Positions 36,177-46,269 of a DNA stretch of 64,000 nucleotides are shown here, in pieces. The DNA comes from a virus. Made by a program: the position numbers and the translations under genes. Each line of letters opens with the position of its first letter. Position 1 is the stretch's first letter. Location: positions 19,338-83,337 of IMG/VR virus record IMGVR_UViG_3300048033_000857. One strand, given 5' to 3'. The notes beneath the pieces were generated by a model. The model had not been told where the DNA came from, did no database searches, and saw only the letters and a program-made list of their open reading frames with translations.

Positions 36177-36932
36177 TTGCGTACATTTTATTTAGGTATC
36201 GGCGCACAAAAAGCCGGTACTAGTTGGTTGTTTAATCAATTAAAAACAAATCCAAATTTTGTATTTTGTGCAAAAGAAATGCACACATTTGATGTTGCTT
36301 GGCTTGGTTCTCCAATACCTAAAGACGTTCGGATCAATCCCTATCGTGATCAAAACAAAATTAAAAAATCTTTAATGAAATCTCCAAAACAATATTTTGA
36401 TTTTTATGACGAACTTATGGTTAATGAAAATTCAGAAAGCGGCGATTTTACACCGGAGTATTGTAATTTAAAAGCATCACATTTAGATTATATTAAAAAC
36501 GAATTTAAAAAACGAGGAATAAAATTAAAGGTAGTCTTTTTAATGCGTGAGCCAGTATCGAGAATTGCTAGTATGATGAAAATGAGAAAGCGTAACAGTG
36601 GGAAATTTCCTGCAATAGAATCCTTAATAAAACAAAGACATGGAGATGCAATTTATTCTAACTATAAACAAACAGTTACTGAAATTGATTGTACAATGGA
36701 AAAACAAGATGTGTTCTATGCATTTTATGAATTAATGTTCTTTCAAGAAGATCGAATAGCTAAATTTTTTAATTTAGATGTTGACAAAATTAATGTAAAT
36801 AAAAAATGGAATGCTTCGACAATACATGAAAGATTTAAATTTACTAAAAAAGAACGTAAGTTTTTAAAAGAACACTATGCTCCCCAATACGAATTTATTA
36901 GTCAAAGATTTGGCAGTGTATGGAAGAAATAA
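36177..36932 (+). CDS. sulfotransferase family protein
   Basis: GIGAQKAGTSWL (5'-PSB), KEMHTF, GDFTPEY, REPVSRIAS (3'-PB). Confidence 0.82.
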   Translation: MRTFYLGIGAQKAGTSWLFNQLKTNPNFVFCAKEMHTFDVAWLGSPIPKDVRINPYRDQNKIKKSLMKSPKQYFDFYDELMVNENSESGDFTPEYCNLKASHLDYIKNEFKKRGIKLKVVFLMREPVSRIASMMKMRKRNSGKFPAIESLIKQRHGDAIYSNYKQTVTEIDCTMEKQDVFYAFYELMFFQEDRIAKFFNLDVDKINVNKKWNASTIHERFKFTKKERKFLKEHYAPQYEFISQRFGSVWKK

Positions 36933-36957
36933 ATATTATTATAGATAGGAAGATAAA

Positions 36958-37467
36958 GTGGCAGACACACTTGTATTAAATGCAGACGGACAACCTATTA
37001 GCCTACTACCGCCTTCTACGATACAGTGGAAAGAAGCAATTACATATCTATGGCTAGACAAAGTAAACGTACTCGAATGGTATGACGATTGGGTAGTGAG
37101 CAGTGCAAGTTGGGAAACAAGAGTACCAGCAGTAATCATGTTAAAAGAAATGTATCGGCGGCGACGGCATCCAAGATTCTCTCGCTACAACCTACACCTC
37201 CGTGACATGTTTACCTGTCAATACTGTTCCATAAAACTCCCCCAATCACAACTAACACTAGACCATGTACTACCTATCAGTCGTGGAGGTAAAACCAATT
37301 GGGAAAATATTGTAAGTGCATGTGGACCATGCAACAGCAGAAAGGGCAGCAAGTTAATTAAGCCTAAGCAATTACCTTACCGCCCTGATTATTATGATCT
37401 TGCTAACAAACGCAAGCAACTAGAGTTTACTATTAAACATCCTAGTTGGTCTAATTGGTTGTCTTAA
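36958..37467 (+). CDS. HNH endonuclease
   Basis: LVLNAD..P, RDMFTCQYC, TLDHVLPISRGG..WENIVSACGPCNSRKG. Confidence 0.9.
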   Translation: MADTLVLNADGQPISLLPPSTIQWKEAITYLWLDKVNVLEWYDDWVVSSASWETRVPAVIMLKEMYRRRRHPRFSRYNLHLRDMFTCQYCSIKLPQSQLTLDHVLPISRGGKTNWENIVSACGPCNSRKGSKLIKPKQLPYRPDYYDLANKRKQLEFTIKHPSWSNWLS

Positions 37468-38359
37468 TTGGTATGTTTGGATTTAACGTTTTTTCAGATT
37501 CAAATAATACATCTTTACTCACATTACCATAAAGAACACCTTTGATGTTACACTTGTTACAAGGATGACATCCACGTCCGTTAGAAAGTTTTTGTCTAAA
37601 CTTCCATAGCTTTTGGCTTTTTAACCAAATATCTTGTACACTAGTCTTCATTACATTACCCATAACTTGTTTCTTTTCCCAGTCATGTGAGCAAAGTAAT
37701 ACATCGCCGTCCCAGTGTAAACTCATTGCATAGAACGGAATGTTGCAACCTAGTGCAGGGAGTTTTTCATTAAACAAATATCCTGCTCTATTACTTAGAT
37801 ATAAGAATCCATAATTTTCCTCTGGTGGCTTATAATAATGTTGAAGTATAAAGTTATCTTCAGATAATCCTACTCTAGCAAAGAGTTCTCTAAATTTATC
37901 TTCTTGCTCAGGGCCATCGTACATTGACACAAAGAATTTGTTTAGTCCAGCATCAATTAATTCAACAGTCTTGTCGTATGTAAGCCTATCACCATTAGTA
38001 ACCATATGTATGTTTTCTTGCCAAGGCATATGTTTTTTAAATAATTTTATACTTTTGGTAAGATCCTTGTACAACAAACTTTCTCCAAACCCACAATAGA
38101 GTAATCTATTTTGATAATGACTGTTAGCTAGATCACTTCCAACTTTATCTATTATCTTTAGATCCATATGTAAGTTTAAGTTTGGATAACCGTGTGCTCT
38201 AGGACAGAATTCACAAGTTAAATTGCATAGTTCTGTAGCCATTACATCTATCAACATTAACGAGCTAAAAGGATCATCAGTAGTCATCCGATCTTCCATA
38301 GGATCGTACATTGATTCTCTGTCTTTAGCAATATAGTTTGTACTTTTCATCTCTGGCAT
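37451..38359 (-). CDS. radical SAM/SPASM domain protein
   Basis: CNLTCEFC; C-terminal CNIPF..DGDVLLCSHD...CHPCNKC. Confidence 0.85.
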   Translation of the reverse strand: MPEMKSTNYIAKDRESMYDPMEDRMTTDDPFSSLMLIDVMATELCNLTCEFCPRAHGYPNLNLHMDLKIIDKVGSDLANSHYQNRLLYCGFGESLLYKDLTKSIKLFKKHMPWQENIHMVTNGDRLTYDKTVELIDAGLNKFFVSMYDGPEQEDKFRELFARVGLSEDNFILQHYYKPPEENYGFLYLSNRAGYLFNEKLPALGCNIPFYAMSLHWDGDVLLCSHDWEKKQVMGNVMKTSVQDIWLKSQKLWKFRQKLSNGRGCHPCNKCNIKGVLYGNVSKDVLFESEKTLNPNIPIKTTN

Positions 38360-38362
38360 ATT

Positions 38363-38908
38363 TTATTTAACCTTAATATTAAATGCTATACTAATTCTAT
38401 CTTTGTTAGATTTATTTGTACTTACACTGTGCAATGTGTTGCCTGGAAATAAAATTATAACACCTTGTTCAGGCGTAAGTACATGTCCAGTAGGACAATG
38501 CGATGCATTTGGAAATATATCTATTATATTATTAATAGGAGCATTGTAATTGTGTATTATTAAATCTCCACTTTGCTCTGGTACGCTAACATAAAACACT
38601 CCACTGAAATCGCAACCGCCATGATGATGTACAGTATTTGATGACAGTGGAGGATTAATATTCGCCCACTGATCAATTATTTCAAAGTCTACATTTTTAT
38701 TACCTAAATCTTCAAAATAGTTTGTAACATGTTTTATAATAACATTGTCAATTAAATTTAATTCACAGCTCTCACTTTGCCATCCGCCATCGTTAGAAAT
38801 ACTTACACTTTCTTTTTGTTGTTTTATTGCATATATTTCTTTTGCAATTTTTTGTGTTTCTAAATTGTCTTTGGCAATGTAAAGCGGAATTGAAAATAAA
38901 TTATGCAC
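38363..38908 (-). CDS. 2OG-Fe(II) oxygenase (TIGR02466-like)
   Basis: WANIN, HHHGGCDFSGVFYV, FPGNTLHSV, RISIAFN. Confidence 0.8.
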   Translation of the reverse strand: MHNLFSIPLYIAKDNLETQKIAKEIYAIKQQKESVSISNDGGWQSESCELNLIDNVIIKHVTNYFEDLGNKNVDFEIIDQWANINPPLSSNTVHHHGGCDFSGVFYVSVPEQSGDLIIHNYNAPINNIIDIFPNASHCPTGHVLTPEQGVIILFPGNTLHSVSTNKSNKDRISIAFNIKVK

Positions 38909-39328
38909 TCACTTGATCCAACCTATTTTTTTGCCATATGCTAAACGTCTATTATGTTCTTTAACACTGCCGGGATAACGCCAAGCCCAAATAGCAACTA
39001 ATGCCATAAAGCCTCCGCTCCATAGTGCAGCCTTAACATTACCTGTACTAAACCATAGGAATGCAAGCGACGATGCCATTACTAACACCATTGCATATTT
39101 TCCTTTGGTTGGAAATACACGTTTTTTTGTCCAATTAGTTAAAAATTCTCCAAACCATGGATGGTTATATAACCAGTTGTGTAATCTCGGTGAGCTCTTT
39201 GCAAAAGCCCATGCAGCAATTACAAGGAAAATACTAAAAGGTATTCCCGGTACTACAAATCCTACGTAAGCCATGCCAACACAGAATAATCCTAGCGCAA
39301 TGTATGCGTATTTTTTAATTGTATTCAT
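38909..39328 (-). CDS. YbaN/DUF454 family membrane protein
   Basis: [38 protein letters not shown]. Confidence 0.88.
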   Translation of the reverse strand: MNTIKKYAYIALGLFCVGMAYVGFVVPGIPFSIFLVIAAWAFAKSSPRLHNWLYNHPWFGEFLTNWTKKRVFPTKGKYAMVLVMASSLAFLWFSTGNVKAALWSGGFMALVAIWAWRYPGSVKEHNRRLAYGKKIGWIK

Positions 39329-40514
39329 TAAACACTCTTTCTAATGCGTCAACGAGGTCATTCATCATACTGTCTGTATGATAAGGAGTAGGTGCTATTC
39401 GTAAACGCTCTGTACCCTCAGCGACTGTAGGGTAGTTAATAGGCTGAATGAATATACCATAATCATTCAACAGGGTGTCGCTCATTGCCTTGCACCTAAA
39501 GGCATCTCCAACCATTACTGGAACAATGTGTGTGCAGGCACTATCATGTATTTCTAAACCTCTATCACGAAGCATGTGTGATAGTGTTTCTGCACGTTCT
39601 TGATGTTGCATCCTAAGCTCAGGATGATCTCTAAGATACTTTACACTAGCTAGAGCACCTGCACAGAGTACAGGGCTCATGCTTGTTGTAAAAATAAACC
39701 CAGATGCTACTGAGCGAACAGCATCTATGATGACTGCATCCGCTGCTATGTATCCGCCAGTAACACCAAAGGCTTTGCCTAACGTTCCGTTGACTATGTC
39801 AACCCGATGCTCCCCAATGTGTTCGCAGTATCCTGCACCTGTTTCTCCATAAAGTCCAACAGCGTGTACTTCATCAATGTAGGTAATCGCATCGTAACGT
39901 TCGGCTAAGTCGCAAATCTCTCGAATAGGGCCGACATCACCATCCATACTATATACAGATTCAAATACGATGCACGGCGTACCGCCATCCTTGACTACTT
40001 CGGCTAATTTATTTTCGAGATCCTCTAGATCGTTGTGCCTCCATACCTTCTTAGGTGCACCACTGTGTCTTATACCTTGGATAAGGGAGGCGTGATTCAT
40101 AGAATCACTAAGATACACAATGTCGGGAACGATTGATTTAAGAGCGATAAGTGTCCACTCATTTGCGACATATGCTGACGAGTATAAAAGCGCACCACCC
40201 TTGCTATGCAAGGACGCTAGTTCTCCTTCCAGCGCAACATGATAGTGTGAAGTACCGCCTATATTGCGTGTACCGCCAGAGCCTGCACCAGTTTGATTTA
40301 ATGCAGTATGCATTGCATCAACTACTACTTTGTTCTGACCCATTCCGAGGTAATCATTTGAGCACCAGTTTACAATCTCTTTGATTGCATACTTTCCGTA
40401 CCAAATAGCTTTAGGAAACTTTCCGCGTTCACGAAGTATATCGTTGAATACACGGTACTTGCCTTCCTGTTTTAGCTCATCAAGTTTTTGTTGGAATGGT
40501 TTCTTATCTATCAT
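39315..40514 (-). CDS. hemA: 5-aminolevulinate synthase (C4/Shemin pathway)
   Basis: [78 protein letters not shown]. Confidence 0.93.
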   Translation of the reverse strand: MIDKKPFQQKLDELKQEGKYRVFNDILRERGKFPKAIWYGKYAIKEIVNWCSNDYLGMGQNKVVVDAMHTALNQTGAGSGGTRNIGGTSHYHVALEGELASLHSKGGALLYSSAYVANEWTLIALKSIVPDIVYLSDSMNHASLIQGIRHSGAPKKVWRHNDLEDLENKLAEVVKDGGTPCIVFESVYSMDGDVGPIREICDLAERYDAITYIDEVHAVGLYGETGAGYCEHIGEHRVDIVNGTLGKAFGVTGGYIAADAVIIDAVRSVASGFIFTTSMSPVLCAGALASVKYLRDHPELRMQHQERAETLSHMLRDRGLEIHDSACTHIVPVMVGDAFRCKAMSDTLLNDYGIFIQPINYPTVAEGTERLRIAPTPYHTDSMMNDLVDALERVFNEYN

Positions 40515-40544
40515 AGTGTATTTAACAACGAGATAAGTATCATT

Positions 40545-41162
40545 ATGACAGTAATGAATAACATTTTTCCGATATTGATATATCAAAAAAACTACACAGG
40601 TGACTTAAATAAGTTGCAAGATGACATAATTCCAAATATGGAACCTGTAGTAACTGCCTCAACTGAGAACAATCAGTTAGCAATGCGTAATGGCGCAGTA
40701 TGTTCTGCAGTATCAAATTTAGATTTGTATAATATGTTTGATCTTTCTGAGTTGGAATCTTTTGTAAGATCCTGTGCATTAGAATATTGTAACAAGTTAG
40801 GTTATCGAGAAGCTAATATTATCGTTGCAAGCACTTGGATTAACAAATATCCTAAAGGAGGTTATATAGATAATCATCATCATGCACCAAGTATAATGGG
40901 TGCAACATTTTATTTAAATAAACCTAACGGCTCGGGTGATATTGTTTTTGAAAATCCTATAGCTGCGCTAAGGAGATACGAACCTTTTAAGGCATTAGAT
41001 CATGCAAATGCATATGCTGAAGAAAGTACAATTTTAAATCATAAAATTGAAGTTAAAGAAGGTGATTTAGTGTTATTCCCAGGTTGGATATTACACAGAA
41101 CAGAACCAAACATGTCAAATGAAGATAGAATAGTTATTGGATTTGACATAGTATTAGATTAA
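40545..41162 (+). CDS. 2OG-Fe(II) oxygenase (TIGR02466-like)
   Basis: [31 protein letters not shown]. Confidence 0.8.
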   Translation: MTVMNNIFPILIYQKNYTGDLNKLQDDIIPNMEPVVTASTENNQLAMRNGAVCSAVSNLDLYNMFDLSELESFVRSCALEYCNKLGYREANIIVASTWINKYPKGGYIDNHHHAPSIMGATFYLNKPNGSGDIVFENPIAALRRYEPFKALDHANAYAEESTILNHKIEVKEGDLVLFPGWILHRTEPNMSNEDRIVIGFDIVLD

Positions 41163-41180
41163 TATTTTAAGGAAAAATAA

Positions 41181-41840
41181 ATGATACCAAGAATACCAGA
41201 AGAACACCCATTAATTGAAACTAGGCAGCAATGCAGAATATATTCAGCATCAATTAAAAAGTTTAATGACCATTTTGAATATGTTTCTTTGTTTAAACGA
41301 TTTAATACTATGCAATTAACTGAAGGTCATGTTGCTGACTTAGGTTCAGGCGAATGTACATTTACAATTGCATTAGCAAAGGCATTTCCAAATATGACAT
41401 TTGATTGTTACGAATTGTCAGATGAAATGATTGCAATAGCAAACGAACAAATAACACAAAATTTACTAACTGACAGAATTAATGTAATTAAACAAGATGC
41501 AACAACCGCAACTGGAAACTACGATCTTGTTATTGCAAATAGATTTTATCATCATGTACTTGATACTAAAGCATTTTGGAATACAGTACAATCGTTAAGT
41601 GAAAATGTTTTTATAACTGACGGTATTAGGCCAGAGAGTTATGAATTAGTAAACACTTTATTAGGAGCAATGGCTCCTTTATTCGAACAGCTTTATATAG
41701 AGGAAACAAAAAATTCTATCTATGCTTGGTTTTCAGAAGCCGAATTACTAAATGATATACCTGCAAAATATAATTTAGAAATATTTAATAATGATGATAT
41801 TCCTTTAAGAGAAGCGGTGATAACTACGATAAATACGTAA
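41181..41840 (+). CDS. class I SAM-dependent methyltransferase
   Basis: VADLGSGEC, YDLVIANRFYHH. Confidence 0.8.
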   Translation: MIPRIPEEHPLIETRQQCRIYSASIKKFNDHFEYVSLFKRFNTMQLTEGHVADLGSGECTFTIALAKAFPNMTFDCYELSDEMIAIANEQITQNLLTDRINVIKQDATTATGNYDLVIANRFYHHVLDTKAFWNTVQSLSENVFITDGIRPESYELVNTLLGAMAPLFEQLYIEETKNSIYAWFSEAELLNDIPAKYNLEIFNNDDIPLREAVITTINT

Positions 41841-41858
41841 TAGAATACGGAGATATTA

Positions 41859-42128
41859 ATGCGAGCAACAGACATTATTAGACAAATATTAGATATTATA
41901 GACGATGTTGAAACTCAAACCTCTAATATCGAAGTAAAAGTAGATAACGACGACGATGGACATTTTAAACAAATACTGTCTATGTTAACAAACAAACAAT
42001 CGTCTTATACAACCCAACCAAACGAAGTAGTTGCTCCTATTGAAGCAGTAACAACAGATGCTGGAGGCGGATTAAATGGACCTAAGCATCCAGACGATAT
42101 TAGAGTAAAAGATCCAAGAGGATACTAA
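41859..42128 (+). CDS. hypothetical protein
   Basis: MRATDII N-terminus; GGGLNGPKHP.DIR. Confidence 0.7.
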   Translation: MRATDIIRQILDIIDDVETQTSNIEVKVDNDDDGHFKQILSMLTNKQSSYTTQPNEVVAPIEAVTTDAGGGLNGPKHPDDIRVKDPRGY

Positions 42129-42605
42129 ATGTTTAGTTTTGACGTAGAGAACATAACCAAAGGTATCGGTGTAGTAACAGCAACGTTTGCACTGATTGGT
42201 GGCGGCTATACGTTATGGGACAAAGTAGAATCAAAAGACATACTAACTTGGGCACCGGAACACTTCACTATATCTGATGCACCTGTTAACGGAACATTTG
42301 ATGCAATCGTTGCCCGTGAAAAGCACAGAGACGATTGCAGTGTAGAAGGGTTTACACTTGAGGTAAAGGACAGCAAATACATGGTACACAAAGCAGTCCC
42401 AGGTATAACAAAGTTCTCAGGACCTGCCAGCGATAAGATAGACAAATTTGGATTTACATTTACTATCGATGAAGAACACAGGCATATGATTGATCCAGGA
42501 CCAGCAACACTATTAGCACGTATTGATTATGCTTGTCCGGAAGGACCAGTTGTTGTAGCATATCCAGATCATGAAAATTTAACATTTAAAATACTAGAGG
42601 AATAG
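42129..42605 (+). CDS. membrane-anchored hypothetical protein
   Basis: N-terminal TM helix, two Cys. Confidence 0.65.
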   Translation: MFSFDVENITKGIGVVTATFALIGGGYTLWDKVESKDILTWAPEHFTISDAPVNGTFDAIVAREKHRDDCSVEGFTLEVKDSKYMVHKAVPGITKFSGPASDKIDKFGFTFTIDEEHRHMIDPGPATLLARIDYACPEGPVVVAYPDHENLTFKILEE

Positions 42606-42608
42606 ACA

Positions 42609-43091
42609 ATGGCAAACATCACTCTCAACTATAGAGGACTCACAGGCAAGCGTGGCACAGTTACAGTAGATGATACCGGTAATGTTTTAAGTATTATTAC
42701 TGCCATCCGTGCTGATGAAGATCCTACACTAGGAATACTTACTGGCAACGACTATGACATAGCACTCGAGCGTGACACAAGCATTACAGATGTTAATAAC
42801 GGAACAGATGTTATTAGTGCCGCAGGTATAGTTGATGGTGATACTATTATTTGTATTGACGATAAAAAGAACCTAACATCAACAAATACCAAAGAAGTAA
42901 GACAGAATCGCAAGTTAAGAATTGCAAGTGTGAAAAGATTAGCAGACAGTGTAGCAAACATTGGATCACCTAGCAATGACAGATACACCCTAAATACAGC
43001 ACAGATTCCCAACCCATACGAAGGCAATGCAGTTAATCCAGACGATGATGAAAACACAGGCAGTCTTGTAGTTGGGAGACCCTGGACCTAA
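42609..43091 (+). CDS. hypothetical protein with possible N-terminal ubiquitin-like fold
   Basis: ITLNYRGLTGKRGTVTVDDTGNVLSIITAIRADE...SAAGIVDGDTIIC. Confidence 0.55.
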   Translation: MANITLNYRGLTGKRGTVTVDDTGNVLSIITAIRADEDPTLGILTGNDYDIALERDTSITDVNNGTDVISAAGIVDGDTIICIDDKKNLTSTNTKEVRQNRKLRIASVKRLADSVANIGSPSNDRYTLNTAQIPNPYEGNAVNPDDDENTGSLVVGRPWT

Positions 43092-43852
43092 TGGCAAGTA
43101 ACGACAAACACATAGATTGGCACAGTGCTGTCGCATTAGGTAAAAGCGGAGGAAACAGTGTTCGCAATATTTTTGGATACAATGCGGCAATACCTAGTAC
43201 CTTTGTGCCGGCCTGGGAGAACGCAACAGCCTACACCTATCCTACCACAGCTGAAACAATGACCCTACGCTGGGACACAGCAGACGCAGGATACACAATC
43301 CTTATCAAAGGGTTAGATGCTAACTACGATGAGATACAAGAAACCATCACACTCACAGCAAGCCCAGTTACACAAACAACACAGAATCAATACTTGAGAA
43401 TAAATGATTTGATTACTGTGGGCAACAACAATGGTGGTTTTAGCGATCCAGACAATGATGTTTCACTTACCAACGCAGGCAACACTGTGACCTATGCTAA
43501 GATAGCGGCAAACACAGGTAAGAACCAAGCAAGTATCTACACCGTGCCAAGAGGCTATCAGTTTGCTCTACTTCGTATCTCAGCGTTCTGTGCCTCAGCC
43601 GCACTCAACAACAGAACACTGGCTTTCCGCAATGTGGCAAGACTCAAGACTGGAGTGATTCTGCGTGTTGCTCAAACAGAGTTCTTAGAGCAGATGATTA
43701 TTGATAGACAGATTCCGTTTGTGTATGATGAATGTACAGACATTGAGTTCCAACTAAAAGGATCAGCAGGCACACAGTTTGTTGGTGTGTTCGGCGAAGG
43801 CATCCTACACGAAAAAGACTATCAGACCCAACTTAATAATCTAAGTCCATAA
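43091..43852 (+). CDS. hypothetical (putative virion) protein
   Basis: NIFGYN..W, ILIKGLDANY, NQASIYTVPRGY motifs. Confidence 0.65.
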   Translation: MASNDKHIDWHSAVALGKSGGNSVRNIFGYNAAIPSTFVPAWENATAYTYPTTAETMTLRWDTADAGYTILIKGLDANYDEIQETITLTASPVTQTTQNQYLRINDLITVGNNNGGFSDPDNDVSLTNAGNTVTYAKIAANTGKNQASIYTVPRGYQFALLRISAFCASAALNNRTLAFRNVARLKTGVILRVAQTEFLEQMIIDRQIPFVYDECTDIEFQLKGSAGTQFVGVFGEGILHEKDYQTQLNNLSP

Positions 43853-43944
43853 ACGATTAACCCCTAGCTAAATTAATAACTAGGGGCTGCTACTTTATTA
43901 CTTGTTATTACAGGGCTATGCCCCAAATGTTCTTTTTTATAATT

Positions 43945-44262
43945 TTATTTAGTTGGCTTACCGTTTACAAAATTGTAAAACTTATCAGCAGCTTCTAGTA
44001 CAGCATCAACACCTGGTACTTCTGGCATTGCTACAGTAGTTACTACTTCATCGCCTTCTTTAGCAACGGTAGTTTCGAACGCACCCATTTTAGCATGATA
44101 GTCTTGCCATGCTTGATTCTGAGCAAACTCTAGAACCTTTGTGCGGATCTCATAACCGTTTTTATTTGTTGTTACTTTTGGCATTGCCTGTTTAAACATA
44201 TCGGCAATTTCTTGTGTTTGCTTGAGGATAGTTTCCCCGTATGTTGTTTCCACTTTTGACAT
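43945..44262 (-). CDS. hypothetical protein
   Basis: KNGYEIRTKVLE...VLEAADKFYNFVN; AAGGAG RBS. Confidence 0.75.
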   Translation of the reverse strand: MSKVETTYGETILKQTQEIADMFKQAMPKVTTNKNGYEIRTKVLEFAQNQAWQDYHAKMGAFETTVAKEGDEVVTTVAMPEVPGVDAVLEAADKFYNFVNGKPTK

Positions 44263-44332
44263 TGTTTTCTCCTTTGTGTCTGTATGTGTGTAGTTGGCTA
44301 CATTAATAATGTAACAGAGTATTTAGTGTTTG

Positions 44333-44512
44333 TCAACCACTAACATAATCTTCTTTGGGTCTGTACCAATTCTTCTGATGATGTAGTTTAGCACGAAGTT
44401 CTTGTATCTCACGCTTGCCTTCATTATCAGCATTTGATTGTAGTAGAAATAGAGCTGACTCAATCAGCTCTAAATCTTTTACGTCTAGGTTAAACTTAGT
44501 GTTTGGTTTCAT
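44333..44512 (-). CDS. small hypothetical protein (59 aa)
   Basis: MKPNTKFNLDVKDLELIESAL...HHQKNWYRPKEDYVSG. Confidence 0.65.
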   Translation of the reverse strand: MKPNTKFNLDVKDLELIESALFLLQSNADNEGKREIQELRAKLHHQKNWYRPKEDYVSG

Positions 44513-45098
44513 TGATTGTATCTGCCATCTTATGATTTACATCCGCATGACCTTGTTCATCATTGCGAACAGCAATTACAACATCTCTAAGAGTTGCGTC
44601 ATAGTGTAAATCGTAATAGTCTTTTGCAATGTTTGGTGCAGGTATATTAGTTATTCTACCTGCATCAATCTCTTCAAGGTATTGAGTGTAACTGATCACT
44701 GCCTGATCTTCAAAGTATCCTACCATGCGATGTGCTGTCTTGGGAAAGAACACGTACAACACAAAGTAGAAATGCCAGAACACAAACTGAGCAAACATTA
44801 TAAGCAAACGTTCGAACCAGTTGGGTTTGGCAATTTCAATGAATATCATTAGATGCATACGCTCATTCTCAGCTTCATCTAACAATGTTTTGATCCAGCC
44901 ACGTTCATCTGGCTGCATCTTTCTTAGACTGCGCAAGTGATTCCACATGCCTGCTACCATGCCGGGAACACCTGCTACAGTTTCTAACACTACGGCTCTA
45001 TGTCCATAACGCTTTGCAAAGAATGTATCTGCAAACCATCTAAAGGACATAGTTAAGCCGTAGGCTACGTTATCGGATAAACTAAAACGCTCCGGCAT
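44496..45098 (-). CDS. aox: alternative oxidase (ubiquinol oxidase, di-iron)
   Basis: LETVAGVPGMV, EAENERMHL, HRMVGYFE..A..SY, RNDEQGH. Confidence 0.93.
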   Translation of the reverse strand: MPERFSLSDNVAYGLTMSFRWFADTFFAKRYGHRAVVLETVAGVPGMVAGMWNHLRSLRKMQPDERGWIKTLLDEAENERMHLMIFIEIAKPNWFERLLIMFAQFVFWHFYFVLYVFFPKTAHRMVGYFEDQAVISYTQYLEEIDAGRITNIPAPNIAKDYYDLHYDATLRDVVIAVRNDEQGHADVNHKMADTINETKH

Positions 45099-45192
45099 AG
45101 TGCAAACCGTTTAGTACCATAAAGCCTGTAAGCAAGCTCATCATTAGTGCAAAGGTAGCGAAACCTTTAGCTAGGTCTTTCCAGTTATACAT
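45082..45192 (-). CDS. small membrane peptide (36 aa)
   Basis: MYNWKDLAKGFATFALMMSLLTGFMVLNGLHYAGAF bridges the two neighbouring genes. Confidence 0.5.
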   Translation of the reverse strand: MYNWKDLAKGFATFALMMSLLTGFMVLNGLHYAGAF

Positions 45193-45394
45193 CTGAGATA
45201 TCCTTTCCTAACATAAGTGCTTTGGCTTCTGCTTGGTAGCCCATGCGTGACAGTTCTGCTGCCGCTCTTGCTCTACCTGCTGATTCGCCTATAGCAATAA
45301 TGCCAATCCAAAGAGCAATAAAGCCTTTGCCGATTGCTTTGAAGATTGTTGGAAGTGGATTAGTAAAAGTAGGTTGTCTAAATGCTACAGCCAT
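45185..45394 (-). CDS. small DUF1127-related protein
   Basis: ESAGRARAAAELSRMGY pattern; adjacent to a DUF1127 gene. Confidence 0.55.
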   Translation of the reverse strand: MAVAFRQPTFTNPLPTIFKAIGKGFIALWIGIIAIGESAGRARAAAELSRMGYQAEAKALMLGKDISDV

Positions 45395-45639
45395 TATACC
45401 CATCCTCTCAAGTTAGCGTTCTCGCGAACTGCTTTGAGATCAGCAGTGCCGTGTGCAACACTATAGATGTCGCCACGAGTAAGACCCATATCGTTTAGTT
45501 CACGATCGGATAGTGCTGAAAGTTCTTTGATTGTGCGTTTAATTTCTTTGCGCTGGATGCGCTTTTCGTTTAGATTTACGAAAAATTGTGCAATTGATTT
45601 CAGACTGAAATTGCCACCAGTCATCGTTATTGAAGTCAT
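45394..45639 (-). CDS. DUF1127 (YjiS-like) small RNA-binding protein
   Basis: RTIKELSALSDRELNDMGLTRGDI signature. Confidence 0.88.
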   Translation of the reverse strand: MTSITMTGGNFSLKSIAQFFVNLNEKRIQRKEIKRTIKELSALSDRELNDMGLTRGDIYSVAHGTADLKAVRENANLRGWV

Positions 45640-45871
45640 TAACTTCTCCTTTTAGTCTATATGTGTGTGTGCTTCTAAGGTTCGTCACGTACCCCGGTCT
45701 CTTCCGGCGTCACCTTTTTATGGCATAGGACATGCCCTTCATTTTTTGTAAGCTGAAGACGCTTATCTTTAACAATGTTATTTATTACACTATACTATAG
45801 TATAACACGAAAAACAAGTGTTTTCCGTGCATACCGTAGTTGTTATTTTTGCATGACTCAGTTTAGAAAAA

Positions 45872-46057
45872 CTAAACTATGTTGCGATAGTCTAACTTGC
45901 GTCCAGTTGACATGCAGTACGCTACGTATGCGCGGTCTCCTGGTTGAAACTCAATATTAATATAAGTTTCCATTGATTTGTATTTGTCTTGTGTTGGTCG
46001 TGGGGACGAGACCGCAGTCATCATCACACGACCGATTGCTTTTGCTAAATCGATCAT
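45872..46057 (-). CDS. small hypothetical protein
   Basis: GGAG RBS, 61 aa. Confidence 0.6.
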   Translation of the reverse strand: MIDLAKAIGRVMMTAVSSPRPTQDKYKSMETYINIEFQPGDRAYVAYCMSTGRKLDYRNIV

Positions 46058-46269
46058 TGTTTTTCTCCGTTGTAATGATGCTTTATAAGGCGAGCGCCAG
46101 TTGTCTTTTCAACTTGTCAGGTCGAGAACATATCTTGCCGTACTATTTATATATAAACCATTTGACAAGCAGATTAATGATGTTACTATAAATAATTCAA
46201 CAAGCACACGTCGAGCTTGTTATCTAAAGTGAGCGACGGGGTAAAGCCGTCAAGCAGAGGAGAACTAAA

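Noticed and set aside
36958-37467. HNH gene as a mobile intron or homing element
   Set aside because: Free-standing, with no interrupted host gene or intron structure evident
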